Source: Candidatus Tectimicrobiota bacterium (GTDB lineage: Bacteria > JACPUC01). Taken from it: DNA of 22,356 bases. Below the pieces are notes generated by a model. The model was given only the letters and a program-made list of their open reading frames with translations, did not search any database and was not told the origin of the DNA. Below, piece after piece: positions 10,259-18,232 of this stretch. How positions within the stretch are numbered: the first letter of the stretch is position 1; each line of letters starts with the position of its first letter. The stretch spans positions 62,001 through 84,356 of the forward strand of contig JACPUC010000025.1 of assembly GCA_016192455.1 (NCBI GenBank), written 5' to 3'. Both the position numbers and the translations under genes were made by a program.

Positions 10259-13200
10259 TTAGCTGGCAGCCTGGGGCCGCCGGGCGCAGGCCAGGAGGTA
10301 AAGCTTCAGCGGCTGCCCGGGTCGCCAGTCGGTGAGGCGCTCCCACCACAACCCAAGCCGCAGGCTCGCACCGTTCATGACCATATAGTACGCAGTTCCG
10401 GGGTGCAGGGAAACTGTTATCTCATGGAACCCCGTCGCCGCCAGGAGGGACTGCAGTCTGCCGGGCCGATTAGCGCGGTAGAAGGTGGGATGCACCTCGG
10501 CGTCCCGGCGCTCGGTCAGGAGGCGCCGCGCCAGCCCGCGCTTCCATCGCAGCGGCAGAAGCCAGGAAGCAACCATGAGCGGATTGAGGAGGTTCGTCGT
10601 GAAGAGGAGACAGGCGCCGCCGGGGGCGAGGACGCGATACATCTCGGCGAGGCAGGCGCGGGGCCGCCGCAGGTGCTCCAGCACCATCAAGCCGGCGACG
10701 ACGTGAAACGAGGCGTCGGCAAACGGCAGCCACGCAAGGTCCGCCTGCACCTGCAGCCGGCGGGGGTCTCCCACGGGCGAGGCGTCGGGGCGAGCCGCGC
10801 GGAGATGCCGCAATGCGGCCTCCGACGTGCCCGGGGAAGGCGCCAGGCCGGTCTCAGCAGGCCGCTCCAGATCAGCGCCGACGATGCAGGCTTCCTCCCC
10901 CAGCGCCTGCCGCAGGAACGGCGAGCCGCCGCAGCCGGCATCCAGGATGCGCTTCCCCCGCCCTAGTTCCTTCGACAGGTCTGCGAGCTGTCGATAGCAG
11001 GCGGCAAACGCCGGGCTTTCATGCCCGTACCTGGCGCGGTACCAGCTCCGCGCCCGTGCCGGCGGCGTTGCGCTCCACCGGCGAGGTGGAGTCGCGCGGC
11101 GCGGGGGAAAGGTGCCGGCAGCCCCTGGCGGAAACTGCGTGCGCGCCTGGCCGGGCGGCTCGTTGCCGCCTGACCGCCTCGACGGCCCGGGCAGCCCCGC
11201 CAGCTCATGGTACAGAGCCTCGAACGCCGCGGCCATGGCGGCAGGGTCCTGGAACGCCGCCACCCTGCGAACGGCGCGCTCCGCCATGCCGCGCGCCTGC
11301 TCCGGATCGGCGAGGAGCGCCGCGACGGCGGCCGCCATGGCCGACGCGTCGCCCCGCGGCACGATGCGTCCCTCGACGCCGTCGCGCAGGAGCCCCGCTT
11401 CGCCGACGCAGTCGGTCGCCACCACCGGCACTCTTCGGGCCATCGCTTCGAGGAGGATGAACGGCAAGCCCTCCCAGCGCGACGGCAGCACGAAGAGGCT
11501 GCTGGCCGCAAGGATGTCGAGCGCATCGCGGCGGTAACCGAGCAGTCGAACGCTCCCCGTCAGGCGGGCGCGTTGGACTTGATCTTGCACCAGAGGCCGC
11601 AATGGACCATCCCCAATGATCAGGAAGCGCGCCATGGGGTAGCTGCGCAGGACCAGCGCGGCCGCCTCGACGAAGAGGGCGGGATTCTTCTGCTCGACGA
11701 GTCGCCCCACCATGGTGACCCAGGGAGCCTCGACGGCGCCGGACAGGTCCGCAGCGGCCTGGTCAAGCTCCCGCAGGAGCGACGCGCGCAGATGCCGGCG
11801 TTGCGCCGCCGAGACCTGGGGCGCGGCAGGAATGGTGTTGGGAATGAGGCGGAGGCCGTCAGGGCTCCGCAAGCCCGCCCGCAGGGCCTGCCGTCGCTCT
11901 CCTTCCGACTCGACCACGATCACCCCGCCGAGGCGCGCCGCAACACGCTCCATCTGCCGGTAGCGCCAGCCGGCTCCTCCACCCATGAGGAATGGGAAGG
12001 CGTGCGGCGAGTAGCAGAGCGGCACGCCGCTCACCAGGCCCGCCAGCCGGGCCAGCATGCCGGCCTTGCTGCTGTGGGCATGGAGCACGTCGATCGGCTC
12101 GCGCCGCAGCAGGCGGAGCAGAGCCAGGAAGGCCCGCAGGTCATGCCAGGGCGACACCGAGCGCACCATCGGCAGCGTGACATGCGGAATGCCGAGCCGG
12201 GCAAACCCTAGCGCGAAGGGCTCCTGCCGCTGGCGGCTCGCCTGGGAGAAGGCCGCCGAGGGAGGCGGCGAGCAAGCGCCGCTGACGGCGATGCGCCGCC
12301 GATCCAGAGCGCGGCTGAGGCTGAGGACGAACTTCTGCACGCCGCCGCCGTAGGGCTGGGCGATCTGCAGGAGACGCAGGCGGGGATCGCGGCGTCGGCT
12401 CGCCGGCAGGCGCCGATCCAGGCGCCGCTCCCGCAGGAGACGCGGCGTCTCCCGCAGCACCTGGCCGTAGACGCGCAGCAGATGGGGTGCGCGCAAGCAG
12501 GCATAGCCCAGGAGCAGGAGCTCCGCCGCCGCCAGCGCTGGGAGCTGCGCCAGAACCTGCCCAGCCGTGCTGTTCCGCAGGATCGTCCGGTAGCGGTTGC
12601 GCATGACATGTTGCTGGAACGGCGCCGGCCGGCCGAAGAAGCGTTTCGTCCCCAGGGAGCCGCCGCGGGCGTGCCAGGCAACCGCCTGCGGCTGGTAGCG
12701 GAAGCGCCAGCCTCGGCGGCGCGCTCGCCAGCAGAGATCGAGGTCCTCGTAGAAGGCAACGTAGCGGCTGGGGAAAACGTCGCCGCGCGGGGCCACGTCG
12801 GCGAGCATGGCGCGCCGCAGGAGGGCCGCGGCGCAGCAGACGCCGAAGACCTCGCCGGCCTCCTCGAACTGGCCCGCATCCAGCGCCCCGGCGCCCCGGT
12901 CGCGGGCGAAGAACCCTGCCCCCAAGAAGAGGCCGGTCGAGTCGAGCCGCGGCGGGATTCCCGCGGCCGCGCGGCCCCCCTCGGGCAGCCGCAGCAGCTT
13001 GCCGGTGGCGCCGCCGGCTTGGGGGTGGGCCTGCAGCTCATCGACGAGGTGTTCGAGGTAGTCCGGCGCCAGCACCACATCGGCGTTGAGGAGGCAGGCG
13101 AACTCTCCCCGCGCCTCCAGGAGGCCCTGGTTGTTGGCCGTGGCGAAGCCCTCGTTCACGGCGTTGCGGAGGCAGTGCGCCTCCGGTTGATGAGCGCGGA

Positions 13201-13375
13201 CGAGGTCGAGCGAGCCGTCCTGCGAGCCGTTATCCACGACGATCAGCTCCCAGGAGGTGAACGTCTGCCCGCGCAGGCTCTCCACGAGGGCAGGAAGCCA
13301 TCCGGCGCTGTTGAAGGTGACGAGCATGATGGAGACGCGCGGGGCGGCTGGCACGAGGTTGGCGGGAAGGCTCAT
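10259..13375 (-). CDS. Tri-domain GT2 - GT4 - class I SAM methyltransferase fusion protein
   Basis: GT2: VSIMLVTFNS, IVVDNGSQD, NEGFATANN, LLNAD, FYEDLDLCWRA. GT4: HAHSSKAG, VGRLVEQKN, PSRWEGLPFILLEAMA. MTase: ILDAGCGG, LPFADASF, VLEHL, RVLAPGG. The ATG at 13375 overlaps the upstream TGA (ATGA), so it is preferred over GTG 13408. Confidence 0.85.
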   Translation of the reverse strand: MSLPANLVPAAPRVSIMLVTFNSAGWLPALVESLRGQTFTSWELIVVDNGSQDGSLDLVRAHQPEAHCLRNAVNEGFATANNQGLLEARGEFACLLNADVVLAPDYLEHLVDELQAHPQAGGATGKLLRLPEGGRAAAGIPPRLDSTGLFLGAGFFARDRGAGALDAGQFEEAGEVFGVCCAAALLRRAMLADVAPRGDVFPSRYVAFYEDLDLCWRARRRGWRFRYQPQAVAWHARGGSLGTKRFFGRPAPFQQHVMRNRYRTILRNSTAGQVLAQLPALAAAELLLLGYACLRAPHLLRVYGQVLRETPRLLRERRLDRRLPASRRRDPRLRLLQIAQPYGGGVQKFVLSLSRALDRRRIAVSGACSPPPSAAFSQASRQRQEPFALGFARLGIPHVTLPMVRSVSPWHDLRAFLALLRLLRREPIDVLHAHSSKAGMLARLAGLVSGVPLCYSPHAFPFLMGGGAGWRYRQMERVAARLGGVIVVESEGERRQALRAGLRSPDGLRLIPNTIPAAPQVSAAQRRHLRASLLRELDQAAADLSGAVEAPWVTMVGRLVEQKNPALFVEAAALVLRSYPMARFLIIGDGPLRPLVQDQVQRARLTGSVRLLGYRRDALDILAASSLFVLPSRWEGLPFILLEAMARRVPVVATDCVGEAGLLRDGVEGRIVPRGDASAMAAAVAALLADPEQARGMAERAVRRVAAFQDPAAMAAAFEALYHELAGLPGPSRRSGGNEPPGQARTQFPPGAAGTFPPRRATPPRRWSATPPARARSWYRARYGHESPAFAACYRQLADLSKELGRGKRILDAGCGGSPFLRQALGEEACIVGADLERPAETGLAPSPGTSEAALRHLRAARPDASPVGDPRRLQVQADLAWLPFADASFHVVAGLMVLEHLRRPRACLAEMYRVLAPGGACLLFTTNLLNPLMVASWLLPLRWKRGLARRLLTERRDAEVHPTFYRANRPGRLQSLLAATGFHEITVSLHPGTAYYMVMNGASLRLGLWWERLTDWRPGQPLKLYLLACARRPQAAS

Positions 13376-14319
13376 GGGCGGGGCGAGGTCTTGCGAATCC
13401 ACTCCCACGTCATCGCCATCCCCTCTTCGAGGGAGACGCGGGGGGTCCAGTTGAGTTCCCGGCCGATGAGACGGGTATCGAGGATGCTCACCGGCACATC
13501 GAGCTTGCGCGCGGCGGTATGGCGGACATCGAGGTCAACCCCGGTGACCACCTGGACGAGGCGCAGGAGCTCGCGCAGGGAGACGCCGCGTCCGCTCCCC
13601 ACGTTGAAGATGCGCTGCGGCGAAGGGCTGTGGAGCGCCTTCACAAAGGCCTCGATGACATCCCCGACGTAGAGGTAGTCGCGCGTTACCGAGCCGTCGC
13701 CCCAGATGATGATCGGCTCGCGGCTCCAAGCCCGCGCCAGGAAGACCGTCACCGCCCCCTGGGCGGCGTTCGGGTTCTGGCGCTCGCCGTAAGGGTTGGC
13801 GATGCGCAGGGAGCAGAAATCCAGGCCATGGAGATGGCGGTAGAGCACCAGGTACTTCTCGATCATGAGTTTCGAGATGCCGTAGGCACAGAAGGGGTTG
13901 GTGGGCGCTGACTCCGGAATCGGCACCTCGGTGGGCACGCCGTAGATCGTGCCGCCGGACGACGAGAAGACGATCTTGCGCACTCCCGCCTGCACCGCGG
14001 CATCGAGGAGGTGCAGCGTGGAAACGACGTTGGACTCCAGGTCATAGGCGGGGTTGTCGTTCGAGGTGCTCGGCAGCGTGGTGCTGATGAGGTGGAAGAT
14101 GCAGGTCACCCCTTGAACAGCGGCAGACACCTCGGCAACGTTCGTGAAATCCCCCTCATAGAGCTCGACCTCGGCAAGGAGGTGCGCCACGTTGGCGGTA
14201 TCGACGTGCTGACGGTCGAAGAGGCGCACGCGGTAGCCGGCGGCCAGCAGAGCCTCCGCCAGGTGCGAGCCCATGAAGCCGCAGCCACCAAGGATGAGAC
14301 AGGTTTCCTGCTTCATCAT
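13372..14319 (-). CDS. NAD-dependent epimerase/dehydratase (extended SDR; NDP-sugar epimerase)
   Basis: GGCGFMG, SSGGTIYG, catalytic YGISK, RIANPYG, IWGDGSVTRDYLYVGD, FNVGSG. Confidence 0.92.
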   Translation of the reverse strand: MMKQETCLILGGCGFMGSHLAEALLAAGYRVRLFDRQHVDTANVAHLLAEVELYEGDFTNVAEVSAAVQGVTCIFHLISTTLPSTSNDNPAYDLESNVVSTLHLLDAAVQAGVRKIVFSSSGGTIYGVPTEVPIPESAPTNPFCAYGISKLMIEKYLVLYRHLHGLDFCSLRIANPYGERQNPNAAQGAVTVFLARAWSREPIIIWGDGSVTRDYLYVGDVIEAFVKALHSPSPQRIFNVGSGRGVSLRELLRLVQVVTGVDLDVRHTAARKLDVPVSILDTRLIGRELNWTPRVSLEEGMAMTWEWIRKTSPRP

Positions 14320-14340
14320 CCGCCCGCCGACGTCCCGGCC

Positions 14341-15765
14341 TCAGCGCTCGCCCGCCGCAGGCCGCGTGAACTCGTAGTAGGTCTTCTCGATCTCGGTGAC
14401 GCTCTCGGCGATCGTCGCCACCGGCGCGATGTCGCGGCGCAGCCTCGGCAGAAGATCGGCATCATCGATGACCTCCTGGAGGAGCGCCGCCAACCCCGCA
14501 TGGTCGCCGCGCTCGAAGAGCAGGCCGTTGCCCTGGTGCACGATGAGCTCCGCCAATCCTCCCACATTCGAAGCGATCACCGGCGTCTTCGTATCGAGCG
14601 CATGCAGGACGATGAGGGGCGAGTTCTCGTACCAGATGGAGGGGACGACCAGCACGTCGAGATCCTGCAGCACCCGCCCAACGTCCTCATTCGGAAACGA
14701 GCCGGCAAAGATGATGCCCGGGTCATCTCCGGCAAGCTCGCGCAGGTAGCGGGCATACTCCGGGAAGTGGCCGAGGTCGCCGTAGAGGCGCAGCGCCGCG
14801 CCCCGCCGCTGCCGCAGGGCCTTGAAGGCCTTGATGAGGACATGGGCGCCCTTGTGCTCGTAGAGGGTGCCGATGTAGCCGATCCGCCGTCCCCCGGCCG
14901 GAGTTTTGCCGGCGAAGGGGCGCGTCCAGGCGGCGTTGATGCCGAAGGGGAGCTTGCGGATGAGGCCGGCGCGGATGCCGTTCTCCACCAGGATGCCGCG
15001 CATCAGGTCGGTGGCCACGAAAATGCGCTGCACTTGGTTGAGCTGGCGCCGCAGGTAGCCGCGCCGATCGAGCATCGCCTTCAGGAGGTGCAGGCGCGGG
15101 TCCTCGTGGACGGGGAAGAAGCGGTGTCGCAGGGTGAAGAGCCCCAGGACGAAGTTGGACCGCCTGGCGATGGCGCGCCGAATATCCGCCGGCTGCGACT
15201 GGGCCACGCAGCAGCGCAGGCAGGAGACGCCGCTCCAGGTGGGGCCGCGGCAGAGCGACTGGTCATGACGCTTGAGCTGCGTGACCGGGCACACGAACCA
15301 GAAATCCGTGGCCGTGAAGATGCGTGGAATCCCCAAGGCCGCCACCGCTTCCAGCACCGCTGCCGAGAGGCGATGGCAGTGCAGGAGGTGAACGATGTCC
15401 GGCTTCAGCTCGCGCGCGTACTCATGGACGTGTCGCAGCACGGCCTCGTTGCGGTACTCATCGTAGCCTGGGTTCTCCCCAATTGCCGGGTGATGGTGGA
15501 AGCGCCGCACCGGCAGGCCATCGACCTGATCGCTGCTGAAGGGCTGCGATCGCGCCACCCCCGGCGCGGCCGGCTCGGCGGCCAGGATGTGCACCTCGTG
15601 CCCGCGGCGCCGCAGCTCGCAGGCATACTCGTACGTCAAGATCTCCGTGCCCGAGAAATAGCGCGGCAGAAACTGGTGCACGGTCAGGAGAATCCGCACG
15701 GCAGGCCCCAACCTTCGTGTGACGCGTCGTCGGCGCGACATGCTGCCAGCGCGCGCCGCCGTCAC
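14341..15765 (-). CDS. GT4 family glycosyltransferase
   Basis: RILLTVHQFLPRYFSGTE, PDIVHLLH, TDFWFVCP, IGYIGTLYEHKG, VPSIWYENSPL...VIASNVGGLAELI. The start is GTG 15765 (GTGA overlap), ATG 15741 or GTG 15699. Confidence 0.9.
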   Translation of the reverse strand: MTAARAGSMSRRRRVTRRLGPAVRILLTVHQFLPRYFSGTEILTYEYACELRRRGHEVHILAAEPAAPGVARSQPFSSDQVDGLPVRRFHHHPAIGENPGYDEYRNEAVLRHVHEYARELKPDIVHLLHCHRLSAAVLEAVAALGIPRIFTATDFWFVCPVTQLKRHDQSLCRGPTWSGVSCLRCCVAQSQPADIRRAIARRSNFVLGLFTLRHRFFPVHEDPRLHLLKAMLDRRGYLRRQLNQVQRIFVATDLMRGILVENGIRAGLIRKLPFGINAAWTRPFAGKTPAGGRRIGYIGTLYEHKGAHVLIKAFKALRQRRGAALRLYGDLGHFPEYARYLRELAGDDPGIIFAGSFPNEDVGRVLQDLDVLVVPSIWYENSPLIVLHALDTKTPVIASNVGGLAELIVHQGNGLLFERGDHAGLAALLQEVIDDADLLPRLRRDIAPVATIAESVTEIEKTYYEFTRPAAGER

Positions 15766-18206
15766 CCTTGCGCGGCGCGACGAGCCCCGAGGCGTTGCAG
15801 CAGTCGAGCAAGACGGTGGCGGAGCTGGGCGTTGATCTGCTGCGCCTGCTGGCCGATCACCTCAGCCTGGTGCAGGAGGTGGGCATCCTTCTGGGCCAGG
15901 GCGTGCTCGAGCCGGCGGAGCTGCTGGGTCAGCTCCTCATCGTGTTGCTGGAGGCGCTCGTAGTGACGCTGCAGGGTGACGAGCTCCACTTGCGCCAGGT
16001 GGCGCTGCTCGTTCAGCTCGTCAATCTTATCACGCATCGCCACGGCCTGGCTGTCGTACTTCTGGAGCTGCTCCTTGTACTGCTGCCCTTGCGCCTCGTA
16101 ACTGCCGCGCTCCTCGCCGAACTGCTCCAACTGCTGCTGGTACTGCTGCGCCTGCTCCTGGTACCGCTGCATCTGCTCCTGGTACCAGGTGAACTGCTGC
16201 TCATAGGCGTGCGCCTCGCGCAGCAGGCGTTCCTCCAGCTTCACCTTCTCGATCTCGAGCTGGTGCGCATGCTCCTGCCAGCTCCGCCGATCGGCCATGA
16301 CGCGCTCAACCTGCTGCTGGTGCGACTGAATGGTGGCGCGGTACTGGTTGGCGGAGCGGTCGAGGCGCTGCTGGTAGTCGCGCTCCTTCTCTTCCTGGAG
16401 CTGGAAATAGAAGAGAGACAGCATCGTCAGCACCGGCGAGAAGTCGAAGGGCTTCTCATGGGTGGTATGCACGAGGCGCTGCACGGCCGCATGCTGCGCC
16501 TGGCTGAGCGGCGCCTTGCTGACCAGGAGGAGCTGCCGGTAGTAGTGATCGCTGGCGTCAAGCGAAGGGCTCAGCTCATTAAGGAACCCCGTGAGCTTGC
16601 GTGAGACGTGGTTGAGCCTCGGGTTGGCATCAAGGTAGAAGTAGGCGCCCATGGTGAGGAGCCAGACGGTGAGCGGGGTGTTCGGGATGCGCACGAGATC
16701 GGCGGCCCCCTGGGAACCGAAGAACTCCTCCACCTCACCCACGGCCGGCAAGCCATACTGGGCGTGCTCGCCGAGGTAGCGATGGCTGGCGCGCGAACGG
16801 AACTTGATAAACTCCGAGAGGATCTCCTCCGCCTGGCTGACGGCGCGGCTCTCGAAGGGCCCGGCAATGATCACCTGCCGGCTGGCGACGCGCCAGAGTT
16901 CCGCCAGGAACGTCGGTCGTCTCTCCCGCTCCAGGTGCTCGAGGACATCCACGCTGGTCACGACATCGAACTCGCCCTCGGCATACGGCAGCGTCAGGCC
17001 GTCACCCACCACGGAATGCCGCGAATCAAACCCTTGCAGATCAATGACGGTCACCTGCTCCGCGGGGAGGAATCCCAGAATCTGCCCCGGGTAGCCCCCC
17101 ACGTCCAGGACCCGTAGCGGGCGCTCCTCGTGGCAGCGCAGCAGCGTCACCGCTTCACGTAGAGAGCGGTAGCGCTGGTACTGGTCGAAGGGGAGCTGCA
17201 GGTTGTGGCTGGCGAAGTCGCTGTAACTCGCGTCCACGCTGACGGCGAGCACGTCCACGTGTTGGTACTCGCCCGCCAGCAGGGTGATCTCATGCCCGCC
17301 GGGGAGGACGGAGAACTCCGCCAGTCCGCGCTCGCCGCTCAGGTAGGCGACGCGCCGCTCATCCACGATGACCTGGAGGTCCTTGGCGAGCGCGAGGCGC
17401 AGCTCGAGCCGCACGGCGAGCGGTCGGTCGCCCTCGTTCAGGAGGTAGAGCGAGGCGCTCGTGGTGAAGGAGCGCGACCCCGACAAGGGCGACCAGCCTT
17501 GGCGCAGCACGCAGCGCAGATCAGGGTGCGCCACCGGCTGCAGGATATCGGCTTGGGCGCCGAAGTAGTCCTTGCCGAAGGCGGCAAGGAGCCGTTCACC
17601 GGTTTCTTCCAGCGGCGGCTTCAGCGCCAGCACCTCGAGGTTGTACTCCTCGGTATGGAAGCGGAAGGCGCGGAGAAAGCCAAGGTCGCGCAGCCAGCCG
17701 AGCCAGGTGGAGGGCGGCCGCTCGGAGAAGTGGGTCTTCTCCGGGCGATGAAAGTGGAGCGGATCGGGCGTGCCCAAGAAGAAGAGACCTCCCGGCCGCA
17801 GGACCCGCCACGCCTCCCGCAGCATCGCCTGGGGCGTTTCGAGGTGCTCCGCGAGATCGAACGCCGTCACCACGTCACAGCTCTCGGAGAACACCGGCAG
17901 CACCTCGGCCATGGCAAGGCCGAGCCTGCCGCGCAGCTCGGGGGTGTAGCGCAGGGCATAGTCGCTGACGTCCAGCCCGCAGGCTCGCATGCCGTGCGCC
18001 CGGGCTTCACCCACGAGGTAGCCGTGGGCGCAGCCGAGGTCGAGCCAGCGCAGGCCGTCGCCGCGCGCCTCGCGGATGAAGCGGAGGTAACCCTCCCAGG
18101 TGGGATGGGCGTGCTCGTACCCCTCCGCGGGGTAGCCGCTGTTGCTGCCGTGAAAGTAGCCCTCGTGGTACAGCCCCTGCCAGTCGGCGAAGCTCGTCCG
18201 AACCAT
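15762..18206 (-). CDS. Double SAM-methyltransferase with internal beta-rich domain and long C-terminal coiled coil (WbdD-like chain terminator/ruler candidate)
   Basis: ATG 18206 (MVRTSFADW...). MTase1: WLDLGCAHG..GLDVS..FDLAEHL..RVLRPGG. MTase2: VLDVGGYPG..LPYAEGEFDVVTSVDVLEHL. Q/E-rich heptad region of about 195 aa, then a basic amphipathic C-terminus LRHRLARLLQRLGARR. Confidence 0.85.
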   Translation of the reverse strand: MVRTSFADWQGLYHEGYFHGSNSGYPAEGYEHAHPTWEGYLRFIREARGDGLRWLDLGCAHGYLVGEARAHGMRACGLDVSDYALRYTPELRGRLGLAMAEVLPVFSESCDVVTAFDLAEHLETPQAMLREAWRVLRPGGLFFLGTPDPLHFHRPEKTHFSERPPSTWLGWLRDLGFLRAFRFHTEEYNLEVLALKPPLEETGERLLAAFGKDYFGAQADILQPVAHPDLRCVLRQGWSPLSGSRSFTTSASLYLLNEGDRPLAVRLELRLALAKDLQVIVDERRVAYLSGERGLAEFSVLPGGHEITLLAGEYQHVDVLAVSVDASYSDFASHNLQLPFDQYQRYRSLREAVTLLRCHEERPLRVLDVGGYPGQILGFLPAEQVTVIDLQGFDSRHSVVGDGLTLPYAEGEFDVVTSVDVLEHLERERRPTFLAELWRVASRQVIIAGPFESRAVSQAEEILSEFIKFRSRASHRYLGEHAQYGLPAVGEVEEFFGSQGAADLVRIPNTPLTVWLLTMGAYFYLDANPRLNHVSRKLTGFLNELSPSLDASDHYYRQLLLVSKAPLSQAQHAAVQRLVHTTHEKPFDFSPVLTMLSLFYFQLQEEKERDYQQRLDRSANQYRATIQSHQQQVERVMADRRSWQEHAHQLEIEKVKLEERLLREAHAYEQQFTWYQEQMQRYQEQAQQYQQQLEQFGEERGSYEAQGQQYKEQLQKYDSQAVAMRDKIDELNEQRHLAQVELVTLQRHYERLQQHDEELTQQLRRLEHALAQKDAHLLHQAEVIGQQAQQINAQLRHRLARLLQRLGARRAAQG
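16038..16205 (-). repeat. Eight degenerate 21-nt (heptad) coding tandem repeats
   Basis: YEQQFTW/YQEQMQR/YQEQAQQ/YQQQLEQ/FGEERGS/YEAQGQQ/YKEQLQK/YDSQAVA. DNA examples: TACCAGGAGCAGATGCAGCGG, TACCAGGAGCAGGCGCAGCAG, TACCAGCAGCAGTTGGAGCAG. Confidence 0.8.
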
Positions 18207-18232
18207 GGGAGCACCTTGTCGCGGCGCCTCAC

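Noticed and set aside
13376..13408. GTG start at 13408 for the GT fusion
   Set aside because: ATG at 13375 forms an ATGA overlap with the epimerase stop, which better fits translational coupling.
14011..15963. 650-aa plus-strand ORF (similarly 8689..10335, 12482..13672, 17205..18236, 5171..6220)
   Set aside because: Antisense shadows of well-supported minus-strand genes, with H/R/V/G-rich non-family sequence.
16038..16205. Periodic repeats as a possible CRISPR array
   Set aside because: They are contiguous, in-frame, degenerate 21-nt units with no spacers and no cas genes.
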